The position numbers were made by a program, and so were the translations under genes. A model generated the notes under the pieces. That model saw only the letters and a program-made list of their open reading frames with translations. It was not told the origin of the DNA and did no database searches. Positions 1 through 10,657 of a stretch of 32,000 nt of DNA are shown piece after piece. The stretch is taken from the NCBI RefSeq assembly GCF_001457615.1, contig NZ_LN831024.1:2640001-2672000 (forward strand). The letters are read 5' to 3'. The stretch comes from Pseudomonas aeruginosa (lineage in GTDB: Bacteria > Pseudomonadota > Gammaproteobacteria > Pseudomonadales > Pseudomonadaceae). Each line of letters begins with the position of its first letter. Position 1 is the first letter of the stretch.

Positions 1-464
1 TCGCCGAAGGCACCCTGACCACCCTGGACAACCAGATCGACACCACCACCGGCACGGTCAAGCTCAAGGCGCGCTTCGAGAACGCCGACGGCAAGCTGTT
101 CCCCAACCAGTTCGTCAACGTGCGCCTGCTGGCGCAGACCCTCAAGGGCGTGCTGACCATTCCGGCCAACGCCGTGCAGCGCGGCACCAACGGTATCTAT
201 GTGTACGTGGTCGGCGCCGACAACAAGGTCAGCCAGCGCAGCGTCGCCATCGGCACCAGCGAGAACGAGCGGGTGGTGGTGGAAAGCGGCCTGAAGGCCG
301 GCGAGCAGGTGGTGGTGGAAGGCACCGACCGCCTGCGCGACGGTATGGAAGTGCGTGTCGCCGAGGCCTCCCCGCAGGTCCTCGAGGGCGAGCCGCAGAA
401 ACCGCAGACTGGCCGCCCCAGCGGCCTCCAGGGCGACTCGGTGGGTAGCGGGAGCGCTGAATGA
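1..464 (+). CDS. muxA: RND efflux membrane fusion protein MuxA, 3' fragment. The 5' end lies outside the window; the frame starts at nt 3.
   Basis: The open frame runs from the window edge to TGA 462-464. The translation ([43 protein letters not shown]...) is a typical MdtA/MuxA-type periplasmic adaptor C-terminus. Its stop overlaps the muxB ATG (ATGA). Confidence 0.9.
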   Translation, partial: AEGTLTTLDNQIDTTTGTVKLKARFENADGKLFPNQFVNVRLLAQTLKGVLTIPANAVQRGTNGIYVYVVGADNKVSQRSVAIGTSENERVVVESGLKAGEQVVVEGTDRLRDGMEVRVAEASPQVLEGEPQKPQTGRPSGLQGDSVGSGSAE

Positions 465-3400
465 ACCCGTCCCGCCCGTTCATCCTGCGGCCGGTCGCGA
501 CCACCCTGCTGATGGTGGCGATCCTGCTCTCGGGCCTGATCGCCTACCGCTTCCTGCCGATCTCGGCGTTGCCGGAAGTGGACTACCCGACCATCCAGGT
601 GGTCACCCTGTACCCCGGCGCCAGCCCGGAGATCATGACCTCGTCGATCACCGCGCCGCTGGAGAACCAGCTCGGGCAGATTCCGGGGCTCAACGAGATG
701 TCTTCCAGCAGTTCCGGCGGCGCCTCGGTGATCACCCTGCAATTCAGCCTGCAGAGCAACCTCGATGTCGCCGAGCAGGAGGTCCAGGCGGCGATCAACG
801 CCGCGCAGAGCCTGCTGCCCAACGACCTGCCGAACCAGCCGGTGTTCAGCAAGGTGAACCCGGCGGACGCGCCGATCCTGACCCTGGCGGTGATGTCCGA
901 CGGCATGCCGCTGCCGCAGATCCAGGACCTGGTGGATACCCGCCTGGCACAGAAGATCTCGCAGATCTCCGGGGTCGGCCTGGTCAGCATCAGCGGCGGC
1001 CAGCGCCCGGCGGTGCGGGTGCGCGCCAACCCGACGGCGCTGGCGGCGGCCGGGCTGAGCCTGGAGGACCTGCGCAGCACGGTGACCAGCAACAACCTCA
1101 ACGGCCCCAAGGGCAGCTTCGACGGCCCGACCCGTGCCTCGACCCTGGACGCCAACGACCAGTTGCGCTCGGCCGACGCCTACCGCGACCTGATCATCGC
1201 CTACAAGAACGGCTCGCCGCTGCGCATCCGCGACGTCGCCAGCGTCGAGGACGACGCCGAGAACGTGCGCCTGGCCGCCTGGGCCAACAACCTGCCGGCG
1301 GTGGTGCTGAACATCCAGCGCCAGCCGGGGGCCAACGTGATCGAGGTGGTCGACCGGATCAAGGCGCTGCTGCCGCAGCTGCAATCGACCCTGCCGGGCA
1401 ATCTCGACGTGCAGGTGCTGACCGACCGCACCACCACCATCCGCGCCTCGGTCAAGGACGTGCAGTTCGAGCTGGCGCTGGCGGTGGCGCTGGTGGTGAT
1501 GGTCACCTTCCTGTTCCTGCGCAACGTCTACGCCACCCTGATTCCCAGCTTCGCCGTGCCGTTGTCGCTGATCGGCACCTTCGGCGTGATGTACCTGTCC
1601 GGCTTCTCGATCAACAACCTGACCCTGATGGCGCTGACCATCGCCACCGGCTTCGTGGTCGACGACGCGATCGTCATGGTGGAGAACATCGCCCGCTACC
1701 TGGAGCAGGGCGACTCGCCGCTGGAAGCGGCGCTCAAGGGCTCGAAGCAGATCGGCTTCACCATCATCTCGCTGACCTTCTCGCTGATCGCCGTGCTGAT
1801 CCCGCTGCTGTTCATGGGCGACGTCGCCGGGCGGCTGTTCCGCGAGTTCGCCATCACCCTGGCGGTGGCGATCCTGATTTCCGGCTTCGTCTCCCTGACC
1901 CTTACGCCGATGCTCAGCGCCAAGCTGCTGCGCCACATCGACGAGGACCAGCAGGGCCGCTTCGCGCGCGCCGCGGGGCGGGTCATCGATGGCCTGATCG
2001 CACAATACGCCAAGGCCCTGCGGGTGGTCCTGCGGCACCAGCCGCTGACCCTGCTGGTGGCCATCGCCACCCTGGCGCTGACCGCGCTGCTCTACCTGGC
2101 CATGCCCAAGGGCTTCTTCCCGGTGCAGGACACCGGGGTGATCCAGGGCGTCGCCGAAGCGCCGCAGTCGATCTCCTTCCAGGCCATGTCCGAGCGCCAG
2201 CGCGCCCTTGCCGAGGTGGTGCTGAAGGACCCGGCGGTGGCCAGCCTGTCCTCCTACATCGGCGTCGACGGCAGCAACCCGACCCTCAACACCGGCCGCC
2301 TGCTGATCAACCTCAAGCCGCACAGCGAGCGCGACGTCACCGCCAGCGAAGTGATCCAGCGCCTGCAGCCCGAACTCGACCACCTGCCCGGGATCAAGCT
2401 GTACATGCAGCCGGTGCAGGACCTGACCATCGAGGACCGGGTCGCCCGCACCCAGTACCAGTTCACCTTGCAGGACGCCGACCCGGACGTGCTCGCCGAG
2501 TGGGTGCCGAAGCTGGTGGCGCGGCTGCAGGAGTTGCCGCAGCTCGCCGACGTCGCCAGCGACTGGCAGGACAAGGGCTTGCAGGCCTACCTGAACATCG
2601 ACCGCGACACCGCCTCGCGCCTCGGCGTGAAGCTCTCCGACATCGACAGCGTGCTCTACAACGCCTTCGGCCAGCGGCTGATCTCGACCATCTTCACCCA
2701 GGCCACCCAGTACCGCGTGGTGCTGGAGGTGGCGCCGCAGTTCCAGCTCGGCCCGCAGGCCCTGGAGCAGCTCTACGTGCCGTCCAGCGACGGCACCCAG
2801 GTGCGCCTGTCGAGCCTGGCGAAGGTGGAGGAGCGGCATACCCTGCTGGCGATCAACCATATCGCCCAGTTCCCCTCGGCGACCCTGTCGTTCAACCTGG
2901 CCAAGGGTTACTCCCTGGGCGAGGCGGTCGAGGCGATCCGTGGCGTCGAGGCCAGCCTGGAGCTGCCGCTGAGCATGCAGGGCAGCTTCCGCGGCGCGGC
3001 GCTGGCCTTCGAGGCCTCGCTGTCGAACACGCTGCTGCTGATCCTCGCCTCGGTGGTGACCATGTACATCGTCCTGGGCATCCTCTACGAGAGCTTCATC
3101 CATCCGGTGACCATCCTCTCGACCCTGCCCTCGGCCGGGGTCGGCGCGCTGCTGGCGCTGATGCTGGCGGGGCAGGAGATCGGCATCGTGGCGATCATCG
3201 GCATCATCCTGCTGATCGGCATCGTCAAGAAGAACGCGATCATGATGATCGACTTCGCCCTCGACGCCGAGCGCAACGAAGGCAAGCCGCCCCATGAGGC
3301 GATCTACCAGGCCTGCCTGCTGCGCTTCCGGCCGATCCTGATGACCACCATGGCCGCGCTGCTCGGCGCGCTGCCGCTGATGCTCGCCGGCGGCGCCGGC

Positions 3401-3592
3401 GCCGAGCTGCGCCAGCCGCTGGGCATCACCATGGTCGGTGGCCTGCTGCTGAGCCAGGTCCTGACCCTGTTCACCACCCCGGTGATCTATCTCTACTTCG
3501 ACCGCCTGGCCCGTCGCTGGGCGGCCTGGCGCAAGCAGCGCGGGCTGGACCTGAACACCGAGGCCGGGTTCGACGGGGACGCCGGGCGATGA
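461..3592 (+). CDS. muxB: RND inner-membrane transporter MuxB (MdtB-like), 1043 aa
   Basis: Full-length ORF with RND hallmarks ([23 protein letters not shown]..., [16 protein letters not shown]). It is translationally coupled at both ends and lies in the muxA-muxB-muxC-opmB context. Confidence 0.96.
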   Translation: MNPSRPFILRPVATTLLMVAILLSGLIAYRFLPISALPEVDYPTIQVVTLYPGASPEIMTSSITAPLENQLGQIPGLNEMSSSSSGGASVITLQFSLQSNLDVAEQEVQAAINAAQSLLPNDLPNQPVFSKVNPADAPILTLAVMSDGMPLPQIQDLVDTRLAQKISQISGVGLVSISGGQRPAVRVRANPTALAAAGLSLEDLRSTVTSNNLNGPKGSFDGPTRASTLDANDQLRSADAYRDLIIAYKNGSPLRIRDVASVEDDAENVRLAAWANNLPAVVLNIQRQPGANVIEVVDRIKALLPQLQSTLPGNLDVQVLTDRTTTIRASVKDVQFELALAVALVVMVTFLFLRNVYATLIPSFAVPLSLIGTFGVMYLSGFSINNLTLMALTIATGFVVDDAIVMVENIARYLEQGDSPLEAALKGSKQIGFTIISLTFSLIAVLIPLLFMGDVAGRLFREFAITLAVAILISGFVSLTLTPMLSAKLLRHIDEDQQGRFARAAGRVIDGLIAQYAKALRVVLRHQPLTLLVAIATLALTALLYLAMPKGFFPVQDTGVIQGVAEAPQSISFQAMSERQRALAEVVLKDPAVASLSSYIGVDGSNPTLNTGRLLINLKPHSERDVTASEVIQRLQPELDHLPGIKLYMQPVQDLTIEDRVARTQYQFTLQDADPDVLAEWVPKLVARLQELPQLADVASDWQDKGLQAYLNIDRDTASRLGVKLSDIDSVLYNAFGQRLISTIFTQATQYRVVLEVAPQFQLGPQALEQLYVPSSDGTQVRLSSLAKVEERHTLLAINHIAQFPSATLSFNLAKGYSLGEAVEAIRGVEASLELPLSMQGSFRGAALAFEASLSNTLLLILASVVTMYIVLGILYESFIHPVTILSTLPSAGVGALLALMLAGQEIGIVAIIGIILLIGIVKKNAIMMIDFALDAERNEGKPPHEAIYQACLLRFRPILMTTMAALLGALPLMLAGGAGAELRQPLGITMVGGLLLSQVLTLFTTPVIYLYFDRLARRWAAWRKQRGLDLNTEAGFDGDAGR
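3197..3261 (+). repeat. 65-nt stretch in muxB that is base-for-base identical to 6325..6389 in muxC
   Basis: Hand alignment: atcggcatcatcctgctgatcggcatcgtcaagaagaacgcgatcatgatgatcgacttcgccct occurs in both genes. The flanking bases differ (c/g on both sides). Confidence 0.9.
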
Positions 3593-6500
3593 GTCTGTCC
3601 ACGCCCTTCATCCGCCGCCCGGTCGCCACCACGCTGCTGACCCTGGCGTTGCTGCTGGCCGGCACCCTGTCGTTCGGCCTGCTGCCGGTGGCGCCGCTGC
3701 CCAACGTCGATTTTCCGGCCATCGTGGTCAGCGCCAGCCTGCCGGGCGCCAGCCCGGAAACCATGGCCTCGTCGGTGGCCACGCCGCTGGAGCGCTCGCT
3801 GGGACGGATCGCCGGGATCAGCGAGATGACCTCCAGCAGTTCGCTGGGCTCGACCACCGTGGTGCTCGTGTTCGACCTGGAGAAGGACATCGACGGCGCC
3901 GCCCGCGAGGTGCAGGCGGCGATCAACGGCGCGATGAGCCTGCTGCCCAGCGGTATGCCGAACAATCCCAGCTACCGCAAGGCCAACCCCTCGGACATGC
4001 CGATCATGGTCCTCACCCTGACCTCGGAGACCCAGAGTCGCGGCGAGATGTACGACCTCGCCTCGACTGTGCTGGCGCCGAAGCTGTCGCAGGTGCAGGG
4101 GGTAGGGCAGGTGAGCATCGGCGGCAGCTCGCTGCCGGCGGTGCGGGTCGACCTCAACCCGGATGCCATGAGCCAGTACGGGCTGTCCCTGGACAGCGTG
4201 CGCACGGCCATCGCCGCGGCCAACAGCAACGGCCCCAAGGGCGCCGTCGAGAAGGACGACAAGCACTGGCAGGTGGACGCCAACGACCAGTTGCGCAAGG
4301 CCCGCGAGTACGAGCCGCTGGTGATCCACTACAACGCCGACAACGGCGCCGCGGTGCGCCTCGGCGACGTGGCCAAGGTCAGCGACTCGGTGGAGGACGT
4401 GCGCAACGCCGGCTTTTCCGACGACCTGCCGGCTGTGCTGCTAATCGTCACCCGCCAGCCCGGCGCCAACATCATCGAGGCCACCGACGCCATCCACGCG
4501 CAATTGCCGGTGTTGCAGGAACTGCTCGGGCCGCAGGTCAAGCTGAACGTGATGGACGATCGCAGCCCGTCGATCCGTGCGTCGCTGGAAGAGGCCGAGC
4601 TGACCCTGCTGATCTCGGTGGCGCTGGTGATCCTGGTGGTCTTCCTGTTCCTGCGCAACGGCCGCGCCACGCTGATCCCCAGCCTGGCGGTGCCGGTCTC
4701 GCTGATCGGCACCTTCGCGGTCATGTACCTGTGCGACTTCAGCCTGAACAACCTGTCGCTGATGGCGCTGATCATCGCCACCGGCTTCGTGGTGGATGAC
4801 GCCATAGTGGTGGTGGAGAACATCGCCCGACGCATCGAGGAGGGCGATCCGCCGATCCAGGCGGCGATCACCGGCGCCCGCCAGGTCGGTTTCACCGTGC
4901 TGTCGATGACGCTCTCGCTGGTCGCGGTGTTCATCCCGCTGCTGCTCATGGGTGGCCTCACCGGACGGCTGTTCCGCGAGTTCGCGGTGACTCTCTCGGC
5001 GGCGATCCTGGTGTCCCTGGTGGTATCCCTGACCCTCACGCCGATGCTCTGCGCGCGTCTGCTGCGTCCGCTGAAACGGCCCGAAGGCGCTTCCCTGGCG
5101 CGGCGCAGCGATCGCTTCTTCGCCGCCTTCATGCTGCGCTACCGCGCCAGCCTGGGCTGGGCGCTGGAGCACTCGCGGCTGATGGTGGTGATCATGCTGG
5201 CCTGCATCGCCATGAACCTCTGGTTGTTCGTGGTGGTGCCCAAGGGCTTCCTCCCGCAGCAGGACTCCGGGCGCCTGCGCGGCTACGCGGTGGCCGACCA
5301 GAGCATCTCGTTCCAGTCCCTGAGCGCGAAGATGGGCGAGTACCGCAAGATCCTCTCTTCCGATCCGGCGGTGGAAAACGTAGTCGGCTTCATCGGTGGC
5401 GGCCGTTGGCAGTCGAGCAACACCGGTTCGTTCTTCGTCACTCTCAAGCCGATCGGCGAGCGCGACCCGGTGGAGAAGGTCCTCACCCGGCTGCGCGAGC
5501 GGATCGCCAAGGTGCCCGGCGCGGCGCTCTATCTCAACGCCGGCCAGGACGTGCGCCTGGGCGGCCGCGACAGCAACGCGCAGTACGAATTCACCCTGCG
5601 CAGCGACGACCTGACCCTGCTCCGCGAATGGGCGCCGAAGGTCGAGGCGGCGATGCGCAAGCTGCCGCAGCTGGTGGACGTCAACAGCGACTCCCAGGAC
5701 AAGGGCGTGCAGACCCGCCTGGTGATCGACCGCGACCGCGCGGCGACCCTGGGGATCAACGTGGAAATGGTCGACGCGGTGCTCAACGACTCTTTCGGCC
5801 AGCGCCAGGTGTCGACCATCTTCAACCCGCTGAACCAGTACCGGGTGGTGATGGAGGTCGACCAGCAGTACCAGCAGAGCCCGGAGATCCTCCGCCAGGT
5901 CCAGGTGATCGGCAACGACGGCCAGCGCGTGCCGCTGTCCGCGTTCAGCCACTACGAACCGAGCCGGGCACCGCTGGAGGTCAACCACCAGGGCCAGTTC
6001 GCCGCCACCACGCTGTCCTTCAACCTGGCACCGGGCGCGCAGATCGGCCCGACCCGCGAGGCCATCATGCAGGCCCTGGAGCCGCTGCACATCCCGGTGG
6101 ACGTGCAGACCAGCTTCGAGGGCAACGCCGGCGCGGTGCAGGACACGCAGAACCAGATGCCCTGGCTGATCCTCCTGGCGCTGCTGGCGGTGTACATCGT
6201 CCTCGGCATCCTCTACGAGAGCTACGTGCACCCGCTGACCATCCTCTCGACCCTGCCTTCGGCCGGGGTCGGCGCGCTGCTCGCGCTGATCCTCTGCCGC
6301 AGTGAGCTGAGCCTGATCGCGCTGATCGGCATCATCCTGCTGATCGGCATCGTCAAGAAGAACGCGATCATGATGATCGACTTCGCCCTGGAGGCCGAGC
6401 GCAACCACGGCCTGAGCCCGCGCGAGGCGATCCTCGAGGCCTGCATGATGCGCTTCCGGCCGATCATGATGACCACCCTGGCCGCCTTGCTCGGCGCCTT

Positions 6501-6699
6501 GCCGCTGATCTTCGGCATCGGCGGCGACGCCGCGCTGCGCCGGCCGCTGGGCATCACCATCGTCGGCGGGCTGATCGGCAGCCAGTTGCTGACCCTGTAC
6601 ACCACCCCGGTGGTCTACCTCTATCTCGACCGCCTGCGCCACTGGGTCAACCAGAAACGCGGCGTACGCACGGACGGTGCGCTGGAGACACCCCTATGA
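3589..6699 (+). CDS. muxC: RND inner-membrane transporter MuxC (MdtC-like), 1036 aa
   Basis: Second RND paralog directly after muxB ([23 protein letters not shown]...). ATGA overlaps with muxB and with opmB. Confidence 0.96.
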   Translation: MSLSTPFIRRPVATTLLTLALLLAGTLSFGLLPVAPLPNVDFPAIVVSASLPGASPETMASSVATPLERSLGRIAGISEMTSSSSLGSTTVVLVFDLEKDIDGAAREVQAAINGAMSLLPSGMPNNPSYRKANPSDMPIMVLTLTSETQSRGEMYDLASTVLAPKLSQVQGVGQVSIGGSSLPAVRVDLNPDAMSQYGLSLDSVRTAIAAANSNGPKGAVEKDDKHWQVDANDQLRKAREYEPLVIHYNADNGAAVRLGDVAKVSDSVEDVRNAGFSDDLPAVLLIVTRQPGANIIEATDAIHAQLPVLQELLGPQVKLNVMDDRSPSIRASLEEAELTLLISVALVILVVFLFLRNGRATLIPSLAVPVSLIGTFAVMYLCDFSLNNLSLMALIIATGFVVDDAIVVVENIARRIEEGDPPIQAAITGARQVGFTVLSMTLSLVAVFIPLLLMGGLTGRLFREFAVTLSAAILVSLVVSLTLTPMLCARLLRPLKRPEGASLARRSDRFFAAFMLRYRASLGWALEHSRLMVVIMLACIAMNLWLFVVVPKGFLPQQDSGRLRGYAVADQSISFQSLSAKMGEYRKILSSDPAVENVVGFIGGGRWQSSNTGSFFVTLKPIGERDPVEKVLTRLRERIAKVPGAALYLNAGQDVRLGGRDSNAQYEFTLRSDDLTLLREWAPKVEAAMRKLPQLVDVNSDSQDKGVQTRLVIDRDRAATLGINVEMVDAVLNDSFGQRQVSTIFNPLNQYRVVMEVDQQYQQSPEILRQVQVIGNDGQRVPLSAFSHYEPSRAPLEVNHQGQFAATTLSFNLAPGAQIGPTREAIMQALEPLHIPVDVQTSFEGNAGAVQDTQNQMPWLILLALLAVYIVLGILYESYVHPLTILSTLPSAGVGALLALILCRSELSLIALIGIILLIGIVKKNAIMMIDFALEAERNHGLSPREAILEACMMRFRPIMMTTLAALLGALPLIFGIGGDAALRRPLGITIVGGLIGSQLLTLYTTPVVYLYLDRLRHWVNQKRGVRTDGALETPL
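6325..6389 (+). repeat. muxC copy of the 65-nt perfect repeat shared with muxB (3197..3261)
   Basis: Same hand alignment as the muxB copy. It encodes [22 protein letters not shown] in both paralogs. Confidence 0.9.
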
Positions 6700-8192
6700 A
6701 ACACACCCCCTCGTTGCTTGCCCTGGCCCTGGTCGCCGCCCTCGGCGGCTGCGCCATCGGCCCCGACTACCAGCGACCGGACCTGGCGGTGCCCGCCGAA
6801 TTCAAGGAAGCCGAAGGCTGGCGCCGCGCCGAGCCGCGCGACGTGTTCCAGCGCGGCGCCTGGTGGGAGCTGTACGGCGACCAGACCCTGAACGACCTGC
6901 AGATGCACCTGGAACGTTCCAACCAGACCCTGGCCCAGTCGGTGGCGCAGTTCCGCCAGGCCGAGGCGCTGGTGCGCGGCGCGCGGGCGGCGTTCTTCCC
7001 GTCGATCACCGGCAACGCGGGCAAGACCCGCAGCGGCCAGGGCGGCGGCGATAGCACCGTGTTGCTGCCGGGAGGCTCGACGGTGAGCAGCGGCGGCTCT
7101 GGCGCGATCAGCACCAGCTACTCGACCAACCTCAGTGTCAGCTGGGAGGTCGACCTCTGGGGCAAGCTGCGCCGGCAACTGGAGGCCAACCAGGCGAGCC
7201 TGCATGCCAGCGCCGCCGACCTCGCCGCGGTGCGCCTCAGCCAGCAGTCGCAACTGGCGCAGAACTACCTGCAACTGCGGGTGATGGACGAACAGATCCG
7301 CCTGCTCAACGACACGGTGACGGCCTACGAGCGTTCGCTGAAGGTGGCCGAGAACAAATACCGCGCCGGCATCGTCACCAGGGCCGACGTGGCCCAGGCC
7401 CGCACCCAGCTGAAAAGCACCCAGGCCCAGGCCATCGACCTGAAGTACCAGCGTGCCCAGCTGGAGCACGCCATCGCCGTGCTGGTCGGCCTGCCGCCGG
7501 CGCAATTCAACCTGCCGCCGGTGGCGAGCGTGCCGAAGCTGCCGGACCTGCCGGCAGTGGTGCCGTCGCAATTGCTCGAACGACGGCCGGACATCGCCTC
7601 GGCGGAACGCAAGGTGATTTCCGCCAATGCCCAGATCGGCGTGGCCAAGGCCGCCTATTTCCCCGACCTCACCCTGAGCGCCGCCGGCGGCTACCGCAGC
7701 GGCAGCCTGAGCAACTGGATCAGCACGCCGAACCGCTTCTGGTCGATCGGCCCGCAGTTCGCCATGACCCTGTTCGACGGCGGCCTGATCGGCTCCCAGG
7801 TGGACCAGGCCGAGGCGACCTACGACCAGACCGTGGCGACCTACCGGCAGACCGTGCTCGACGGTTTCCGCGAGGTGGAGGACTACCTGGTGCAATTGAG
7901 CGTCCTCGACGAGGAGAGCGGGGTGCAGCGCGAAGCCCTGGAGTCGGCCCGCGAGGCACTGCGCCTGGCCGAGAACCAGTACAAGGCCGGCACCGTCGAC
8001 TACACCGACGTGGTCACCAACCAGGCCACCGCGCTGAGCAACGAACGCACCGTGCTGACCCTGCTCGGCAGCCGCCTGACCGCCAGCGTCCAGTTGATCG
8101 CGGCAATGGGCGGCGGCTGGGACAGCGCCGATATCGAGCGGACCGACGAGCGGCTCGGCCGGGTCGAGGAGGGCCTGCCGCCTTCGCCCTGA
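6696..8192 (+). CDS. opmB: Outer-membrane efflux lipoprotein OpmB (NodT/OprM family), 498 aa
   Basis: Lipoprotein signal with lipobox LGGC ([28 protein letters not shown]) and an OprM-family body. It is the last recognised cistron of the mux operon. Confidence 0.95.
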   Translation: MKHTPSLLALALVAALGGCAIGPDYQRPDLAVPAEFKEAEGWRRAEPRDVFQRGAWWELYGDQTLNDLQMHLERSNQTLAQSVAQFRQAEALVRGARAAFFPSITGNAGKTRSGQGGGDSTVLLPGGSTVSSGGSGAISTSYSTNLSVSWEVDLWGKLRRQLEANQASLHASAADLAAVRLSQQSQLAQNYLQLRVMDEQIRLLNDTVTAYERSLKVAENKYRAGIVTRADVAQARTQLKSTQAQAIDLKYQRAQLEHAIAVLVGLPPAQFNLPPVASVPKLPDLPAVVPSQLLERRPDIASAERKVISANAQIGVAKAAYFPDLTLSAAGGYRSGSLSNWISTPNRFWSIGPQFAMTLFDGGLIGSQVDQAEATYDQTVATYRQTVLDGFREVEDYLVQLSVLDEESGVQREALESAREALRLAENQYKAGTVDYTDVVTNQATALSNERTVLTLLGSRLTASVQLIAAMGGGWDSADIERTDERLGRVEEGLPPSP

Positions 8193-8304
8193 GTTCTTCT
8201 CGCTGCCTGTTCCTGACGAATGCCTTTCCCCGCTATTGCGCTTGCATGACACACCGCCGTCCGCGTCTCGGCTAGAGTGCGGCGGCGGATGTGGAGGTGA
8301 ATAC

Positions 8305-8559
8305 GTGTCGGGGAAGTTTCCGGAAATGCCCTCGCGCCGAGGCTACTGGCTCGGCTGGTTGTGCCGCCTGGCCATGCTTGGCGGCGTCGCTGCGATGTTC
8401 TGGGCGCTGCTGCAATGCTTCGTCCTGCTGCACGGTGAACCGCCGCTCCAGCGCGCCCCGCTGCGGACGCCCTGGACCCTGCTGGCGCTCGGCCTGGCGC
8501 TGTTCCTCGCCGGTTTCTGCGGCGAGTACCGGCTGTGGCGGCGCCGCGCCGGTTGCTGA
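8305..8559 (+). CDS. Hypothetical small inner-membrane protein with two predicted TM helices. 84 aa from GTG 8305, or 77 aa from ATG 8326.
   Basis: GGAGG at 8293-8297 lies 7 nt before GTG 8305, and an in-frame ATG sits at 8326. My hand count gives G/C at the third position in 69 of 77 codons, like the flanking genes. Two hydrophobic segments (YWLGWLCRLAMLGGVAAMFWALLQCFVLL and WTLLALGLALFLAGFCGEY) are followed by a basic tail, RLWRRRAGC. I recognise no homolog. Confidence 0.5.
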   Translation: MSGKFPEMPSRRGYWLGWLCRLAMLGGVAAMFWALLQCFVLLHGEPPLQRAPLRTPWTLLALGLALFLAGFCGEYRLWRRRAGC

Positions 8560-8567
8560 AACCGGCG
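8547..8567. other. 8-bp GC-rich hairpin between the convergent small ORF and czcS. No U-tract on either strand.
   Basis: CGCCGGTT (8547-8554), loop GCTGA, AACCGGCG (8560-8567). The loop holds most of the small-ORF stop codon TGA (8557-8559). The czcS stop starts at 8568. Confidence 0.4.
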
Positions 8568-9986
8568 TCAGGCAGCGCCCGTCGAAGGGAACAGCAGGCG
8601 CAGGTGGGTCTTCTGCTGCGGTACGCTTTCCGCTTCGGCGCGGCCGCCGTGGTAGGCCATGATCGATTGCACGATGGCCAGTCCCAGGCCGGTGCCGGCC
8701 TGGGCTCCAGTCTGGCGTCCGGCGCGGCGGTAGAAGCGCTCGAACAGGTGCGGCAGGTACTCCGGCGGGATGCCCGGACCGTCGTTGCTGACCCTCACCT
8801 CGGTGTGCCCCGCGCGTTCCCCGATCCGCACGTCGATGCGCCCGCCTTGCGGGGTGTGGCGCACGGCGTTGGACACCAGGTTGGAAATGGCGCGCTGGAT
8901 CATCAGGTTGTCGCCGTGGGCGAAGCCGTTGCCGGACAGGCGCAGTTCGACGCCCTTGTCCTCGGCGACCATCTCGTACAGGTCGATGACCTTGGCCGCC
9001 TGCTCGTGCAGGGCGACGCAGCCGAACTGGGCCTGGATCGCCGGGTTGTCCACCTGCACCAGGAACAGCATGTCGGTGACGATCCGCGACAGCCGCTCCA
9101 GTTCCTCGGCATTGGACTCCAGGGCTTCGCGGTATGCCGCGCCGTCGCGATGCTGGCTGAGCAGCACCTGGTTGCGCACCAGCAGGTTGCAGATCGGCGC
9201 GCGCAGTTCGTGGGCCAGGTCGTCGGAGAACTGCGAGAGCTGGCGTACGCCATCCTCGAGGCGGCCGAGCATGTGGTTGAAGCTGCGGGCCAGGCTGTCC
9301 AGCTCGCGCGGCAGGTTCTGCTCGGGGATGCGGTAGGAGAGATCCTGCGGGCTGACTTGGGCGGCCACCCGGCGGAAGCGGTTCAACGGTTCGAGGCCGG
9401 CACGCACCACCCACCAGGCGGCCAGGGCGATCAATGGCAGGAGGAAGGGCAGGGCCAGCAGGGTGGCGCGGAGGAAACCGTCGAGCAGGCGCTCGTCGGC
9501 GTTGCGCTCGCTGCTCAGCAACACCTGTACCGGGGTGCCGTTCTTCATGCGCATGGAAGCGCCGATGCTCAGCAGGCGCTGGTCGTTGCCGGTGCTCCAG
9601 CTCTGGAACACCGGCTGGCGGGCATCCGCCTGCAAGCGGGCGAGAAGCGCGCGGTTGGCCGCGACGCTGGCCGCGGCCTGGTCGCCGAAGCTCATCAGCG
9701 GCTGGCCGCTGCGGCTGTCGAGAATGCTCAGGTGCAGGCCGCTGTGAGCCACCAGTTGGTCCTGCAGGGCATGCGCCTGTACGGCCGGGTCGCTGCGCAG
9801 GTCGAGATCATCTTCTAGGCTGTGGCGGATCTGCTCCAGCTTCAATTGCAGGTTTTCCCGCTCGCGGGCTTCCAGCTCGCGGCCGAGGTTCCAGTGCGCC
9901 ATCGCGCCGAGCGCCAGGGCCAGCAGCGCGCCGAGGGCGCCGACCAGCAGGGCCAGGCGCAGCGACAGTCGGCCTGGTGGCGTCAT
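8568..9986 (-). CDS. czcS: Heavy-metal sensor histidine kinase CzcS, 472 aa
   Basis: Two N-terminal TM segments, a HAMP-like region, H-box DLAHELRAPI, and an ATPase domain (NLVSNAVRHTP, GTGLGLAIV). ATGA overlap with czcR. Confidence 0.95.
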   Translation of the reverse strand: MTPPGRLSLRLALLVGALGALLALALGAMAHWNLGRELEARERENLQLKLEQIRHSLEDDLDLRSDPAVQAHALQDQLVAHSGLHLSILDSRSGQPLMSFGDQAAASVAANRALLARLQADARQPVFQSWSTGNDQRLLSIGASMRMKNGTPVQVLLSSERNADERLLDGFLRATLLALPFLLPLIALAAWWVVRAGLEPLNRFRRVAAQVSPQDLSYRIPEQNLPRELDSLARSFNHMLGRLEDGVRQLSQFSDDLAHELRAPICNLLVRNQVLLSQHRDGAAYREALESNAEELERLSRIVTDMLFLVQVDNPAIQAQFGCVALHEQAAKVIDLYEMVAEDKGVELRLSGNGFAHGDNLMIQRAISNLVSNAVRHTPQGGRIDVRIGERAGHTEVRVSNDGPGIPPEYLPHLFERFYRRAGRQTGAQAGTGLGLAIVQSIMAYHGGRAEAESVPQQKTHLRLLFPSTGAA

Positions 9987-10657
9987 CGGCGCGCTTCCAG
10001 GACGTAGCCGACGCCGCGAATGGTATGGATCAGCTTGAGGTCGAAGCCGTCGTCGATCTTCGCCCGCAGGCGGCAGATGGCGACTTCCACCACGTTGGAG
10101 TCGTTGTCGAAGTTCATGTCCCAGATCAGCGAGATGATCTGCGTCCGGGTGATGACGTCGCCGTTGCGCCGCATCAGCAGGTGCAGCAGGGCGAACTCCT
10201 TGGTCGTCAGGTTGATCCGCACCCGGCCGCGGAAGGCCCGGTGGCGGCTGGCGTCCAGCTCCAGGTCGGCGACCCGCAGGACGTCCTGCATCGGTGCCTG
10301 GTCGTGGCGGCGCAGCAGCGAGCGGACCCGCGCCAGCAGTTCGGGGAACTGGAACGGCTTGACCATGAAGTCGTCGGCGCCGAGATCGAGGCCGCGCACC
10401 TTGTCGGTCAGCCTGCCATGCCCGGTGAGCATCATCACCCGCGCGCTGCTGCGTTCGCGCAGGCGGCGGAGCAGGTCCCAGCCGTCGATGCCGGGCAGGT
10501 TGACGTCGAGGATCACCAGTTCGTAAGGGTGTTGCAAGGCCATGTGCAGGCCGTCGATGCCATCGTTGGCGCGGTCGACGATGTAGCCGCTTTCGGTCAG
10601 GCCCTGGTGCAGGTAGTCGGCAGTCTTGACTTCATCTTCGATAATAAGGATGCGCAT
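9983..10657 (-). CDS. czcR: OmpR/PhoB-family response regulator CzcR, 224 aa
   Basis: MRILIIEDEVKTADYL... receiver domain plus a winged-helix C-terminus (IHTIRGVGYVLE). Divergent from czcCBA. Confidence 0.96.
   Translation of the reverse strand: MRILIIEDEVKTADYLHQGLTESGYIVDRANDGIDGLHMALQHPYELVILDVNLPGIDGWDLLRRLRERSSARVMMLTGHGRLTDKVRGLDLGADDFMVKPFQFPELLARVRSLLRRHDQAPMQDVLRVADLELDASRHRAFRGRVRINLTTKEFALLHLLMRRNGDVITRTQIISLIWDMNFDNDSNVVEVAICRLRAKIDDGFDLKLIHTIRGVGYVLEARR

Noticed and set aside
197-3297. Very long ORFs overlapping muxB: 197..3295 on the minus strand (1032 aa) and 355..3297 on the plus strand (980 aa).
   Set aside because: The translations are low-complexity Arg/Gly/Asp/Gln/His/Pro-rich strings with no recognisable motifs. 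They overlap a frame that encodes a textbook RND transporter. Stop-free alternative frames are expected in DNA this GC-rich.
3493-8252. Antisense and off-frame ORFs over muxC and opmB (3493..4329-, 4441..6642-, 5406..6305+, 6621..8252-).
   Set aside because: Same reasoning. The composition is typical of antisense reading of GC3-rich genes, there are no start-site signals, and they are fully explained by muxC and opmB on the other strand or frame.
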